This document shows positions 32,679-44,616 of a stretch of 64,000 bases of DNA, in pieces. Source of the DNA: a virus; the IMG/VR virus record IMGVR_UViG_3300045988_131721, positions 64,001 to 128,000 of that record, one strand, 5' to 3'. Within the stretch, counting starts at the first letter, position 1, and every line of letters begins with the position of its first letter. The position numbers and the translations under genes were made by a program. Under the pieces are notes generated by a model. It did not search any database. It was not told the DNA's origin and was given only the letters and a program-made list of their open reading frames with translations.

Positions 32679-35600
32679 TTAACTATTTAATATTGTCCAA
32701 TAAATAGTATTTCTAATGTTTTTGTCCGTATCATAGAATTTAGTAAAATTAATTAATACGCCATCTCCATTATTCATATAATTTTTAAATGCTGTTTTGA
32801 ATCTTGACAAACTACCATTATTGTATGCTATTTTATAAGTGTCAGTAAAACTGTAATTTTTGATATTACTTGTACCCCATTCGATTACATATCCATCTAA
32901 ACGTTTTGGATTAGTCCAATTTGAAGTACAGGCTTGTATAGTAGAACCTGCCACGATATCGCAATCTGTCATGAGGATACCACTATCTGTTGCCATAAGT
33001 ATACCATCTAATTTTGTTTGACTGCCATCTGCATTAGTCCATATTCTTCCATCTAGTTCTGGGAAATACACTAATGTTCCATATGGTAAATTTCCACAAC
33101 CAAAAGTTTTACCTATATGAGTTCCTAATCCAGAACGTCCACCTTTATCATTTTCGGTTGCATTGTAGCAAGTACATCTTAATCCTTTAAATTTATAAAT
33201 ATATTCATGTCCATTTATAATACCTTGTTCATTGAAACAGTTCTTGTATTCTTCTACGCCATTACCAATATTTGTATTTCCATTAGAAGTGTTTTTATCA
33301 GCTTCAGCTACCTCTTTAATTCTTATAAAGAAATGTTTATTTGTAAAATTAATTTTTTGTTTTAATATACCAGAAGTAAAACCACTCGCATGTAGAACTG
33401 TATTTCCTCCACCACTAATCATAACATGGTGAGTACTAACCGTTGTCATATTACTATCTGTAACATTATAATTAGCGACCATTATAATATCTCCTTCTTT
33501 TAACTTGTCAACACTTTCTTGTCCTGTATATCTCCAAAATTCAGCTCCATGATTTTTACATACAGTTTGTAATGAGCCTGCCGAACATGAAAGTCCTTTT
33601 AAATAGTCTATACCTGCATATTCATAACATACGCCAGTAAATGAACTACAATCATAACCTATTGTTTGATTTAATACAACCCATGAAGGCTGTGTATATA
33701 ATTGATTTCCTACATATTCAGTTCTCGATTTAATGGTATTTGGAGCTTTATAACTTATTGTTCTATATCTTTGACTATAATTACTAAGATGGTTTACACA
33801 CATTCTAACTATTTCTTCAGCTTTTTCCATAATCTTTTGTCTTATGGGATTTACTCCATTTGTCCCACTGTCTTCATCATCTGGAGGAATAAAAGAACTT
33901 ACATTATTTTTGATTTGATATTTAATATTATTTAACAACATTTTACATCCTACTACATTTAAGTCTAATCCATTATAAGTATAATGTGAAGCTAATATAT
34001 TGCTTTCAACCATTCCACCTTGAACTGTTATAGATTTTAATCCTAATTCATTTGCGATTTTTTGTAACATATTATTATAATTTTTAATTTGACTATTTAA
34101 TTGTTCATAGCTATAATCTACAGTTGCATAATTTATACCGACAGGTAATTCATTTGCTACAAATATGTATTTTCCTGTGTATTTAGTTTTTATAGAATTT
34201 AATAATGTCTTTATTTTGCTTATGTCACATAGAGAATCATTGTTTAATCCTAACATAACAACGATAGCTTTTGGGTCTGATGGATAAGTTGTAATATCAA
34301 AATCTTCAACAATATTTCCAAAATACGTCATTTTTGGGGCTAAATTATATTCCTGTAGATTTTGAATTCTTTTTGTTCCTATAATTAATACTTCATCTAA
34401 ATCGTCTATATTTATTTCTGCCTCTTTACCACTAACTGTAACTGTGCAAGATGCTTTTATTTTAGAATTTTTATTTGATATAGCTGTTATAGTACATTTT
34501 CCTTGACCTACACCTGTTATTAATCCCTCATTTGATACTTTAGCTATATTACCATCGGAACTAATATATGTTATTGATTGATTCGCATTAGTAGGAATTA
34601 CTGTAGGTAATAAATAAACTGATTCATGTTTATCTATTTCTAATGAATTTGTATTTAATCTGATACCTGTAACATTAACATTACTACTATCCCCCATATC
34701 AACTTCTACAACTACTTTACAAGTATCTGTTTTATTACCGTCTTCTGTTATTACGGTTATTATGCAAGCTCCATATCCATTTCCTACTATTACACCGTCA
34801 CTTACACTTGCAATGTTTTCATCACTACTAATCCATATTACATTTTTATTTTTAGCTGTATCTGGTAGTATTGTCGCCTTTAAAATATATTCTTCATTTA
34901 AATTTATATTTAAAGTATGCTGATTTAAATCTACACTTGAAACACTGTCAACGTAAGCTTTATTAGGGGAAAAATCTAAGTCTAAATCCATACCAGTCAT
35001 TAATGTACTATTAACTTTATTGTATTTTTGTTTATTCCACAACCATTTATTAACTGATATAATTTTTTTTGTTTCTTTTGATTTTTTTAATAAATCAGCA
35101 ATTACTCTAGTATCTTCTTTATTAGTTTTTTTATTCGAGAAGGTTAAACCTAATTTATTATCTTCATAATTCATAGTCCAACCTGTAAAAAAAACTAATT
35201 CTTCTTTATCTCTTTCTTTATCGTAAGTAGATATAACGTCTCCTAAACCTAATTGAATTTCTGGACTCAATCTACTTTTATCACCCAACAATCTATTTAC
35301 AAAATTCACTGAATCTATCGAGAATTCTACCGTAGGTTTACATTTAGATTCTAAAATATGTTTTCCTGTTTTTATTAATTCATTAGCATCTACAAAACTA
35401 TCATCTGAATATGTATCATAATAAATATAATCTTTTAATTCACTTAATAATTTTTCATCAAATAATAAATTCCCTGCCTCGTCTTCTGATGTCTCTCTTC
35501 TACATAATTTGTTTAATCTATTAATTTTAATATCTAATTCTTTTAATTCTCTTTCTATTTTATATATTTGACTTGAAACAGATTGTAATTCTAAATTAGA

Positions 35601-36656
35601 TACATCTAATTCACTTTTTATATCATCTAATAAATAATATTCTTCTTCAGTTTCCATATCTGTATAACCGTCTATTATATTTTGTAATTGATTACATTTA
35701 GTCATAAGTATATTTTCTGATGAATCCAATGTAGACAATTCTGAATTTTTTTGTGCTTTTAAACTTACATATTCTTTCCATTTTTCCATTCTTTTAGGAG
35801 TTAATTCTTCAAATAGTTTTAAAGCTCTAATTAATTCTTTGCTCATATCTTCGTTTTCTATAAAATATGAATAATTTTCAATATAATTTAATCCCGTTGG
35901 GTTTGCCTCCTCTACTATACACTCTTCTTCATTACCTTCAAGGATTAATCTAGTTACAATATCAGAAGAATTAAAAGTTTTTTCCAACGATTTTAAGTAA
36001 TTATCTTTATTTAAAACTAATTTTAAATCATTCCCAAATCCGTCAATATCATATAGGTTTATTAATTTATTTTTTCTATCAAATATAGGAACACAACAAA
36101 ATTGTTCTGCAATGGTTTCAGTTATAAATGAATAAAAAGAAGTATTTGTTTCTTCTTGCATACGAAGTTTAGGTTCTCCATTATCCATATATCTAACTGA
36201 ATCATCTATATGACCCAATCTCCAACCTGTTTGTTGATATAAATATTCATCAAAAGAATAAGTATATGTCTCTTCATCTTTATCTTTTAACATAAGTCCA
36301 CAATCTGATAAAGCTATTGTGTTTTTTTCTAATTTTTTTTCTAATCCATAAGCAGTAATTTCTTTTGTATGATTTGATTGATTTTCATTTATTTCTTTAA
36401 TCACAAAATATTCACCATCAACACATATTAATCTTTCTGCTATAACTTCATCATATACATAATAATTTACCATCTTCTTTGAGAAATTGTCTCTATATCT
36501 CAAAGGTATTGTAAAAGTTATCGTATCTACCTCGTCGATATTTCTACTTTCTTCTGTTAAATAAAACATAGGTATTTCTGCAATAACGTCTCCATTTAAT
36601 TTTGTTAATACAATCTCTTGTATTGGTTTTAATTCCTTAATAATTACATCATTCAT
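32679..36656 (-). CDS. tail-associated lysin (Tal): tail endopeptidase-like N-terminus, 2 Big_2 Ig-like domains, NlpC/P60 peptidase, C-terminal 3D-like domain
   Basis: About 1325 aa. Two Big_2-like repeats (...ATILPDTAKNKNVIWISSDENIASV... / ...PTVIPTNANQSITYISSDGNIAKV...). NlpC/P60 motif GYDCSSFTG...HHVMISGG. C-terminus CTCYNATENDKGGRSG...DSG is 3D-like. The ATG at 36656 follows AGGTGA. Confidence 0.75.
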   Translation of the reverse strand: MNDVIIKELKPIQEIVLTKLNGDVIAEIPMFYLTEESRNIDEVDTITFTIPLRYRDNFSKKMVNYYVYDEVIAERLICVDGEYFVIKEINENQSNHTKEITAYGLEKKLEKNTIALSDCGLMLKDKDEETYTYSFDEYLYQQTGWRLGHIDDSVRYMDNGEPKLRMQEETNTSFYSFITETIAEQFCCVPIFDRKNKLINLYDIDGFGNDLKLVLNKDNYLKSLEKTFNSSDIVTRLILEGNEEECIVEEANPTGLNYIENYSYFIENEDMSKELIRALKLFEELTPKRMEKWKEYVSLKAQKNSELSTLDSSENILMTKCNQLQNIIDGYTDMETEEEYYLLDDIKSELDVSNLELQSVSSQIYKIERELKELDIKINRLNKLCRRETSEDEAGNLLFDEKLLSELKDYIYYDTYSDDSFVDANELIKTGKHILESKCKPTVEFSIDSVNFVNRLLGDKSRLSPEIQLGLGDVISTYDKERDKEELVFFTGWTMNYEDNKLGLTFSNKKTNKEDTRVIADLLKKSKETKKIISVNKWLWNKQKYNKVNSTLMTGMDLDLDFSPNKAYVDSVSSVDLNQHTLNINLNEEYILKATILPDTAKNKNVIWISSDENIASVSDGVIVGNGYGACIITVITEDGNKTDTCKVVVEVDMGDSSNVNVTGIRLNTNSLEIDKHESVYLLPTVIPTNANQSITYISSDGNIAKVSNEGLITGVGQGKCTITAISNKNSKIKASCTVTVSGKEAEINIDDLDEVLIIGTKRIQNLQEYNLAPKMTYFGNIVEDFDITTYPSDPKAIVVMLGLNNDSLCDISKIKTLLNSIKTKYTGKYIFVANELPVGINYATVDYSYEQLNSQIKNYNNMLQKIANELGLKSITVQGGMVESNILASHYTYNGLDLNVVGCKMLLNNIKYQIKNNVSSFIPPDDEDSGTNGVNPIRQKIMEKAEEIVRMCVNHLSNYSQRYRTISYKAPNTIKSRTEYVGNQLYTQPSWVVLNQTIGYDCSSFTGVCYEYAGIDYLKGLSCSAGSLQTVCKNHGAEFWRYTGQESVDKLKEGDIIMVANYNVTDSNMTTVSTHHVMISGGGNTVLHASGFTSGILKQKINFTNKHFFIRIKEVAEADKNTSNGNTNIGNGVEEYKNCFNEQGIINGHEYIYKFKGLRCTCYNATENDKGGRSGLGTHIGKTFGCGNLPYGTLVYFPELDGRIWTNADGSQTKLDGILMATDSGILMTDCDIVAGSTIQACTSNWTNPKRLDGYVIEWGTSNIKNYSFTDTYKIAYNNGSLSRFKTAFKNYMNNGDGVLINFTKFYDTDKNIRNTIYWTILNS

Positions 36657-36665
36657 ATCTATCAC

Positions 36666-37406
36666 CTATATTACTTCTGGGAAACTACAATAAATAATTA
36701 TATTACATTCTCCTTCAACGATTAATTGATTATCTCCTTGTTTTAAAGTAATCCATTTTCTATTACAATCTGATATAGGATAATATCGTTTATTGGATTT
36801 AACTAAACACATTTTATTGTCTATTTTAATAGTTTCCTCTTCAAGTAAATTATTTATTACAAAATCGTTTATTTTTACCTTTTGATTTCTTTTACAATTA
36901 CTTTCAATTACAATTATAGGTTCATAATTTAAGTCTCCACTATTATGTATATCTATTAATTCTTTACCTTTTACTTCTTTTTCTATAATTACTTTTTTAT
37001 ATGCATATTGACTTAAAGGTTTAAATGTAACTTCTATACAACCTTTAGGTTCACCGTATGTAAATTTTTTTTGTATTTTCGTACATTTTAAATAATATAC
37101 ATAATCTAAATTGTCATAAGAAATAAATTCTTCAAAGTCATCACTTACTAACCATTTTTTAATTTCTCTAAAATTTTCACCAGTCCATATTAAAGGCATT
37201 CCGTCTTTTTCTAAATATAATTGTAATGTTATATCTTCGGGTTCTTCTTCTTTTTCATTATATAAATCTAAATTATCTTCTTTTTCTAATGTTTTATTAT
37301 ATGGAACTCCAAAATCATTTAGAACATCATTATCAGTGGTTAATATACTTAAAAATTTATCTTTAGATTGTTTTCCTTTCCAAATAAAATATTGACTTTT
37401 AAACAA
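36666..37406 (-). CDS. distal tail protein (Dit)-like
   Basis: 246 aa, located between the tape measure and Tal. The call rests on synteny. Confidence 0.6.
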   Translation of the reverse strand: MFKSQYFIWKGKQSKDKFLSILTTDNDVLNDFGVPYNKTLEKEDNLDLYNEKEEEPEDITLQLYLEKDGMPLIWTGENFREIKKWLVSDDFEEFISYDNLDYVYYLKCTKIQKKFTYGEPKGCIEVTFKPLSQYAYKKVIIEKEVKGKELIDIHNSGDLNYEPIIVIESNCKRNQKVKINDFVINNLLEEETIKIDNKMCLVKSNKRYYPISDCNRKWITLKQGDNQLIVEGECNIIIYCSFPEVI

Positions 37407-37449
37407 TTACATCACCCTCCTTATAAAAGAGGGCTAATATATTAACCCT

Positions 37450-40400
37450 CTATAATGATTTATTAACAATATCTTTTAAAGTTTTATTAATCATTTCTTG
37501 CATGTCATCAAGAACATTTTCATCAACACTTCCTTCAACATTAATATTGATATCACCTACATTTAATGTTTTAGAAGTTGTATCTTTATTCATACCTTCT
37601 TTATAATTTACATTTCCTAATTGTTTGAATCCAAGTTCTTTAAATATATCTTTATAGTCTTTTAAATAATCCAAAGCTACTTCAAGATTATCACACAATT
37701 CTGTTTTAATTGAATCACCTAATATTCCTACTGCGTCTCCACTTGTTTCTGCAAAGTCAATCAATTTATCTTGTAAATTGGTAATATTACCATTTAAATC
37801 AGTAAAAGTATTAGTCATCATCGCATCTTTAACCATTTGTGCTATCTTTTGTTGAGTATAAGTGTCATCTATATTTTGCGTCATATCTTCTTTCTTTTTA
37901 TCTAAAGCGTCTAATTGTTCTTGGAATATATTGTCTATATCTTCATCAACCTTATTTTGAACTGTTTCATCTAATTTATCTTGAGCTTCTTTTAAATCGT
38001 CTAATAATTCTTTTAACTTAGATTTACCACTCATAGAATTATCTCGTTTTGCTAATTCTATCTTTTTATTAATAGTGTCAATTTCGTCTTGTTGTTCTTT
38101 TAAATTTTTTGCATAATCATCTTCATCACGTTGTTTTTTATAATCATCTCTTCTTTTTTCTATTAATTCTTTTTCTTTGTCATATTGTTTTTCTATAGCG
38201 TCTTTACGTTTATCTATTTCATCTTTTATTACATCTGTGATTTTATCTTCTATGTCTTTCACTTTATTAAGTTTATCTTTTTGTAAATCTACTATGTTTT
38301 TTTGTAAATCAGCATAATTTTTTTCTGCGTCGGCTAAATCGTCATTTATTAAAGAAGTATATTCTTCTAATAAATCATTAACTTTTTCTAAATCTTCACT
38401 GTTTTGAAAACTGTTTAATACTTCGTCTATATTACTTACATTTCCTTCTACATCAAATGTGAAACCATATTTAGATAAACTTTCTTGATATGTAGGAATC
38501 TTATTTTTCATATTAGTCATTAAATCCATTTGTTTAGATAGTTGTTCATTCATAAGTTTTAATTTTTCTTCTGTCAATTTAATTGTATCTACTCCATTTG
38601 AATTTTCTAGTTTAACATCTATTATATCAATTTTATTTCCTAGTATATCGAATTGATTTTTTAATTGAGTTATGGCGTTGCTAAATTTATACAATTTATC
38701 TTCTCTAGTTAGTTTTTCAATTTCGTCATTATTTTCTTTAATTGTATTTTTCATTTCTTGCCATTGTTCTTCACAACTAAATATATCACTTTGTTGTATA
38801 TCATAATATTTATTAGCTAAGTTTGTAAGTTTATCCAATTCTTCTTTATATTTACTAGCTTTATCACTTGCTGTATTATTTGAAGAACCACTAGAAGAGC
38901 TACTCTTAGAAGATTTATCAGCTACATCTTGAAGTCGTTTATATTCTTTTTGCATAGCTAATAATTTTTCTTCATAGTTAGTCATATTCCCATCTTCATT
39001 AAATTTGAATCCTTCTTTTTGAAGTTTTTGTTGAAGTGTTTCTCTTTCAGAAATTAAATCGTCATAATATTCCTTTTGAAGTTTTGCTTGTTCTTCTAAT
39101 AATTTATTTTTTTGTTTAAGGTATTTAATTTTTTCAGTACCTACCGCTTTTTCCATTTGTTTATCTAACAATGAAGTTTTCTTAGTTACTGTTTCAATTC
39201 TATATTGCAACTCTTTAAATAGCTCTACAGAGTATTCAATCATATCTAATACATCTTGATATTTAAGACTTATAGGGGTTAAAGCAGTTTCTATATCACC
39301 TATGCTATTAAAATCTCTCGTAGCATAGGTACTTATTCCACCAGAACTATCTGAAGTAGGAGTTGTTGTGTTTATATCATTTGCAGTTACTACAGGTTGT
39401 GAAGTCACCATTGGTGTAGCACTTAATTGCTCTACAGAATAAGGATTATCTTCTATATTAGAAAATTCACCTATAGAATCTCCCCACATTACTGATTTTC
39501 CCTTTCCACTATGGGGAACTTTTGATTTACCTTTTTCTGTATAGGTTAAAGTAGCCATTATTGATATACTTCGTGGTATTTCTTTTATTTGTTGTTTTAA
39601 ACTAGCTAATTTGCTTGCTACATCGGCACTATTACTAATTATTTTAATATATTTCTCTGGAATTTTTAATCCTTGCAACGCATAAAGTTGCTGTAATGCT
39701 TGAAAAGCCATTACGGTAACATCTACAACTTTATTTTTTAATTGTATAGCATCTACAGTTCCAAGTTCATCTAATGCGTTAGATAATGCTACTCCAACTT
39801 CAATTTGTTTTTCTGCTGGTAATTGCCCTATTAAGTCCATTATGGTTGCTATGTCACCTTGAGCTAAAGCTTTATCTATTTTTACTTTTATGTCTTTTTC
39901 ATCTTTTTCATTTAATAGACTATCTATTTCAGCTTTAGCAGTTTTTATTGTATCTTCACCTAAAACATTTATATGACAACTTGTTACTGCTTCTGGATGG
40001 TTAAATACCCATTGAATCATGTCTTCATAAGATTCTAATTTAGATAAATCTTCAATGTTATTTTTAAAGAATGTTTCAATGTCTTTATCTTTACCTCTTA
40101 AATTATCCATTAATTTGGCATAATTTTCAACTTGGTCAGTATTTTCTATATTCGCTCTTAAAGTTTTTACTATTTCATCTTTTCCGTCAAATTGTTTAAA
40201 ACTCGCAAAAGCGTCATCTATTTTCTTTTTATCGTCATCAGATACAGCATATTCTCCTGTAACAAATAATTTACCTACGTCTATTTTACCTTTTCCAAAT
40301 TGTTTATCTACAAGATTTTGAACGTCTTGAATTAAATTATTTCTAGTTTCTTCATCATCTTCTACATAAATTTGAGATAATTTAGCTGTTAACTCCATAT

Positions 40401-43400
40401 CGTCTAAAGAAAATTCACCGTCATCCATTAATTTATTAACTAAATCTTTTACTTTATCGGGCAAACTACTATCTTCTAAAGTGGCTTTAACTTCTTTGAT
40501 GTTATAAACCATTTTTCCGTCTTTTTCTACTGTATCAAGACCACCTAAATCTTCGAGAAAATTATTGTAAGCATCCCATGTTGCCATTAAATCTTTAGTT
40601 TCTTTATCAGTCATGTTTATGTTTTTACCAAAAGAACGTAAATAAGCATCCATAGCATTTTGAGCCATTTTAGCACTTTCTGGTAATTCCACCATACTTC
40701 TAGCTACGTCTTCATTTACTCCCCATAATTTAGCTAAAGAAGGGATTAATTTTTCAATTCCTTGTTCATAAGCAGTAATGTCACTTGTGTCCGCATATGC
40801 TTGTTGTAAATCATACAATTTTCTTATTGATTTATCTATTGTTCCAGAATCAAACATTTTTTTCATATTTGATTCAAATAAACTTTGTTGTCCACTTGTT
40901 AATTGAGAAAAATCTAATGCGTTTACAACTTCTATCATTTCAGATTGAACATCACTTTTTAACCTACTAAAACCATCGCCCACCTCTAAGGAATTTACTA
41001 TACCTTTATTTATTTTTTGAGATTCCGCACTTATTTTTGCCTCGGCATCTACAACCGCTTCTTTAGCGTTAGCATAGGCATCACTTAATTTAGCAAGTCT
41101 TTCTGAATAATCTTCTAGCCATGCTGAATCACCTGTTTGAGTAAATGTATTGTTAAGTTCACTTTTCTTTTTTCTGATGTTTTCTATTTGTCTATTATAT
41201 TCCTTAATTGCTTGTTTATTGAAAGCCCCATCTTTACCAGCAAATCCTTGTCCTTCATTCATTTTGTCTGTAGCATTTCTTTGTTGGTCTTTATATTCTT
41301 GATTCAAAGCCTCTTGTTGTTTCTTGATTAATTTATCATATTTTGCAATTAATTTATCAATATCTCCACCCATTGATAAAATCGGGTTATTATCTTTATC
41401 ATAACCCAAGACTATATCTTCTCCACAAATATCAATTATTTGTTGCTGTAACTCTTTAAATCTTTCTTGCTGTTCAGAAGTTTTATCTACCGTATCATAT
41501 AATTTTTTATATTCGTCTCTAATATTTGAAAGATTTGTTTTTGCTTTTGTTGAGCTAGTTACTTTATTATTTAAATTGGTTATATTTTCTGCATTTTTTT
41601 CTAAAGCGTCATTAAGTCTATTAGCCTCGTCTGTAAAATGTTGAATAACTTTACCTATGCCAAATGATATAAGCATACCTATACCCATATTTACAACACT
41701 CATAGCTAAATTCATAGCTCCTAAAGCTATTTTTGTCCCTAATGCTTTAGCCTCTACACCTGCTAAAGCACTTCTAACTGCTGTTAATCCAGAGGCAAAT
41801 ACTCCAGATGATTGACGAGCCTCTTTAAATGAAGTACCTATTCCTCTCATTACATTTATAGTTTTTCCAAGATAACTAGCTTGAAATCCTTCTTTCATTG
41901 TTGCTAAAAATCCTGGATTAGTAGTTCCAATCATTGTAGCACTAGATGCTTGTCGTGTTGCAGTGGCTTGTCCTTCTAACGCAGTAGTTGTACTCAAAGC
42001 TTCAGCTTTTAATCTTCTTTCTTGATTAATTAATGCTTCAAATCCACCACTTCGACTAAATTTTAATGATTGAAAAAGACCAGAAATTGCACCTGCTATT
42101 ACGGGAAGTGCTACTCCTGCATCGTCTAATTTTTTAATAATCTTATCTATTATATCTAATACAGTTATACCAATATCTAAAAATTGTTTTGCCGTATTAC
42201 CACTTACGGCAGTATTAATTATACTTCTCCATTTTTCTTGCAATAATGTAAGTTTCCCTTGCACAGAGTCTATATATCTCGCATTTTCTTTCATTGAACT
42301 TCCGAAAGTGTCGCCATTTTCGTATTCTTTTAAGAATTTTTCTGCTTGACTCCAGTTACTCATTATTGCTGTGAAAACGTTCAACTGGTTTTTTCCTGCA
42401 ATCGCTTCAGCTACAGAAGATTTACTTTTTTTATCTAATTTATCCCACATTCCTGCTATATCGCCCATGATGTCATAGAAATCTCTAACTTGACCATTTG
42501 AATCGTGCATATCAATTCCAGTTATTTTTTCTATAGCCATTGCTGTTTTATTCATTGAAATGCTACCGTCTTTGGCACTTGTTTTCCAACCTGCCATGTT
42601 TTGCATGATTGTTTTTAAACCATTACCTAATTTACTTGCATTTTGTAATGGTTCTTGCCCTGCAATTATAATAGCAACCAACTCTTGCATACTAACACCT
42701 AATGTTTTCGCAACAGAAGATGAACGCATCATTGCTTCAGATACGTCTTTACCTGTAACAGCATAGTTGTTGTTTGCATAGTTGACCATATCCATCATTT
42801 GCATCATTTTGGTAGTTTCTTTGGTGTTACCTTTGACTTTCATTGTGACTTTATCTAATGAGTTTGCAACACCACCATAAGATGCTAATGTTGATTTCAA
42901 GTATTTATCTGCATCTGCTTGGCTTGTATCTATAACGTTGGCAAACATAGATGCGTTTTTAGCATATTGTAAAGCTTTGCTGACATTATGGAAACCAGAT
43001 TGTAATGCCTCGGCAGTGGAATCAATTATATCAATACTACTTCTGGCAACCTCTTGACCTGCCTCACTTGCTTTTTGAGTTAACCAATCTAATTGCTTGG
43101 CTGTTCCTGTAAAGGTGTCTGGTGCAACTTTTAATAATTTTTTAATAGCCGTATCTGTATCAATAATAGTACTAGGAATTGAAGATATACCTTGAGTGAT
43201 AAGTCTACCAATCATATTTGGTATTGAATACATTGATAACATAGAGGCTAAATTACTGAAAAATCCAGACGTTTTCTTGGTTGCATTTCCTAATATATTC
43301 ATTGCTTGAGTTGCACTTCTAGCTCCATTAGCAACACCATTTATACCATTTCCGTTAATATTAGATAAACTACTAGAAAAAGTACTCACATCTTTAGTTA

Positions 43401-44595
43401 ACGCTTTTAACTCTGCATCTCTATCTTTTAAATTACTCATATTAGCTATCGTTTGCAATCTTTGTCTAAATTCTTCTATTTTAGATGACGAAGCTCCTAA
43501 CTCTTGACATCTTCTTGTTAAGTTTGTTAAATCTTGAGATACTTTATTAAAATCTGCATCAAATTTTACATTGGCTCTTTTAGTGGAAATTTCACTTTCA
43601 AATTGTTTATATTTATTTTCACATTGTGCTATTTTATCTTTTAAACCATCAAATTCAGCTTTAGCACCTTCTGTATTAGGGTCTATATTTCGTAATTTTG
43701 ATTGATATTGTTCTATTTGAGTTATTAGTTCTTGTATTCCAGATGTATTAGCAAATTTACTCGTTCCTAATTCAGCAAGTTTAGTTTTAAAAGATTCTAA
43801 CTTAGCAACAGATGTATTTATCTTATCGGTGAATGTAATTGAGCCGTTCAACCCTTTTAATGATACCGACACATTACTAATCTCTGCATTTAAATTATGT
43901 ATTTGTTCATATGCCTTGTCGGATTTTAATATTTGACTTAAATCAGCACCTTTAACATTATTGATTTTATTTTGAAGTTCTTGAAGTTGCCCCACCTGTG
44001 AACTTGTTAAGTTTTTATTTTTGAACATATTATTAATTTGTTCAGAGGTGTTATTAGCCTTTTGTTGAATTTTATCAAATGAACTTATTAAATCTCTACT
44101 TATATCTATATTAGATTTATTTTTTAAGTTGTCCATTTTTTGTGCAGTAGATTGCATCTCACTGTTAATTTTTGATAACTTAGATTCTAACTCGTTATAA
44201 GCTTGAGTATTTATAGTTTTAGACATTTGTTTTTGAAGTGATTCTGATTGTTTTTGTAAAACTTTATATTTAGCTATAGTATTATCTAATTCTTTATTAC
44301 CAGTAGAAGTCTTAGTAGAACCATTACCAAATAAATTTTTCTGTACGTCTTTACTTAAAGAATTTATTTCTTTCAAAGTATTCTGTATCTGTTTAAGATT
44401 GTTTAATTGGTCGTCTTTAAGTTTAAAAGCATTATTTAATACTTTTTGAAGTTCCTCCATTTGAGATTTCATTTTTGTTGTATCAAATTTCAGATTAACT
44501 TCTTTTTTTTCTAATTTCTCTTTCAGTTTTGCAACTTCTTGTTCTGCTCCACTTCCGTCTACAGAAGTTTTTAATCTAATAGTTAAATCTGCCAT
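37450..44595 (-). CDS. tail tape measure protein
   Basis: 2381 aa. Extended coiled-coil, Ala/Gly-rich hydrophobic central segments, and position upstream of Dit/Tal. Confidence 0.9.
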   Translation of the reverse strand: MADLTIRLKTSVDGSGAEQEVAKLKEKLEKKEVNLKFDTTKMKSQMEELQKVLNNAFKLKDDQLNNLKQIQNTLKEINSLSKDVQKNLFGNGSTKTSTGNKELDNTIAKYKVLQKQSESLQKQMSKTINTQAYNELESKLSKINSEMQSTAQKMDNLKNKSNIDISRDLISSFDKIQQKANNTSEQINNMFKNKNLTSSQVGQLQELQNKINNVKGADLSQILKSDKAYEQIHNLNAEISNVSVSLKGLNGSITFTDKINTSVAKLESFKTKLAELGTSKFANTSGIQELITQIEQYQSKLRNIDPNTEGAKAEFDGLKDKIAQCENKYKQFESEISTKRANVKFDADFNKVSQDLTNLTRRCQELGASSSKIEEFRQRLQTIANMSNLKDRDAELKALTKDVSTFSSSLSNINGNGINGVANGARSATQAMNILGNATKKTSGFFSNLASMLSMYSIPNMIGRLITQGISSIPSTIIDTDTAIKKLLKVAPDTFTGTAKQLDWLTQKASEAGQEVARSSIDIIDSTAEALQSGFHNVSKALQYAKNASMFANVIDTSQADADKYLKSTLASYGGVANSLDKVTMKVKGNTKETTKMMQMMDMVNYANNNYAVTGKDVSEAMMRSSSVAKTLGVSMQELVAIIIAGQEPLQNASKLGNGLKTIMQNMAGWKTSAKDGSISMNKTAMAIEKITGIDMHDSNGQVRDFYDIMGDIAGMWDKLDKKSKSSVAEAIAGKNQLNVFTAIMSNWSQAEKFLKEYENGDTFGSSMKENARYIDSVQGKLTLLQEKWRSIINTAVSGNTAKQFLDIGITVLDIIDKIIKKLDDAGVALPVIAGAISGLFQSLKFSRSGGFEALINQERRLKAEALSTTTALEGQATATRQASSATMIGTTNPGFLATMKEGFQASYLGKTINVMRGIGTSFKEARQSSGVFASGLTAVRSALAGVEAKALGTKIALGAMNLAMSVVNMGIGMLISFGIGKVIQHFTDEANRLNDALEKNAENITNLNNKVTSSTKAKTNLSNIRDEYKKLYDTVDKTSEQQERFKELQQQIIDICGEDIVLGYDKDNNPILSMGGDIDKLIAKYDKLIKKQQEALNQEYKDQQRNATDKMNEGQGFAGKDGAFNKQAIKEYNRQIENIRKKKSELNNTFTQTGDSAWLEDYSERLAKLSDAYANAKEAVVDAEAKISAESQKINKGIVNSLEVGDGFSRLKSDVQSEMIEVVNALDFSQLTSGQQSLFESNMKKMFDSGTIDKSIRKLYDLQQAYADTSDITAYEQGIEKLIPSLAKLWGVNEDVARSMVELPESAKMAQNAMDAYLRSFGKNINMTDKETKDLMATWDAYNNFLEDLGGLDTVEKDGKMVYNIKEVKATLEDSSLPDKVKDLVNKLMDDGEFSLDDMELTAKLSQIYVEDDEETRNNLIQDVQNLVDKQFGKGKIDVGKLFVTGEYAVSDDDKKKIDDAFASFKQFDGKDEIVKTLRANIENTDQVENYAKLMDNLRGKDKDIETFFKNNIEDLSKLESYEDMIQWVFNHPEAVTSCHINVLGEDTIKTAKAEIDSLLNEKDEKDIKVKIDKALAQGDIATIMDLIGQLPAEKQIEVGVALSNALDELGTVDAIQLKNKVVDVTVMAFQALQQLYALQGLKIPEKYIKIISNSADVASKLASLKQQIKEIPRSISIMATLTYTEKGKSKVPHSGKGKSVMWGDSIGEFSNIEDNPYSVEQLSATPMVTSQPVVTANDINTTTPTSDSSGGISTYATRDFNSIGDIETALTPISLKYQDVLDMIEYSVELFKELQYRIETVTKKTSLLDKQMEKAVGTEKIKYLKQKNKLLEEQAKLQKEYYDDLISERETLQQKLQKEGFKFNEDGNMTNYEEKLLAMQKEYKRLQDVADKSSKSSSSSGSSNNTASDKASKYKEELDKLTNLANKYYDIQQSDIFSCEEQWQEMKNTIKENNDEIEKLTREDKLYKFSNAITQLKNQFDILGNKIDIIDVKLENSNGVDTIKLTEEKLKLMNEQLSKQMDLMTNMKNKIPTYQESLSKYGFTFDVEGNVSNIDEVLNSFQNSEDLEKVNDLLEEYTSLINDDLADAEKNYADLQKNIVDLQKDKLNKVKDIEDKITDVIKDEIDKRKDAIEKQYDKEKELIEKRRDDYKKQRDEDDYAKNLKEQQDEIDTINKKIELAKRDNSMSGKSKLKELLDDLKEAQDKLDETVQNKVDEDIDNIFQEQLDALDKKKEDMTQNIDDTYTQQKIAQMVKDAMMTNTFTDLNGNITNLQDKLIDFAETSGDAVGILGDSIKTELCDNLEVALDYLKDYKDIFKELGFKQLGNVNYKEGMNKDTTSKTLNVGDININVEGSVDENVLDDMQEMINKTLKDIVNKSL

Positions 44596-44616
44596 ATATT
44601 AATCTCACCTGCCTTT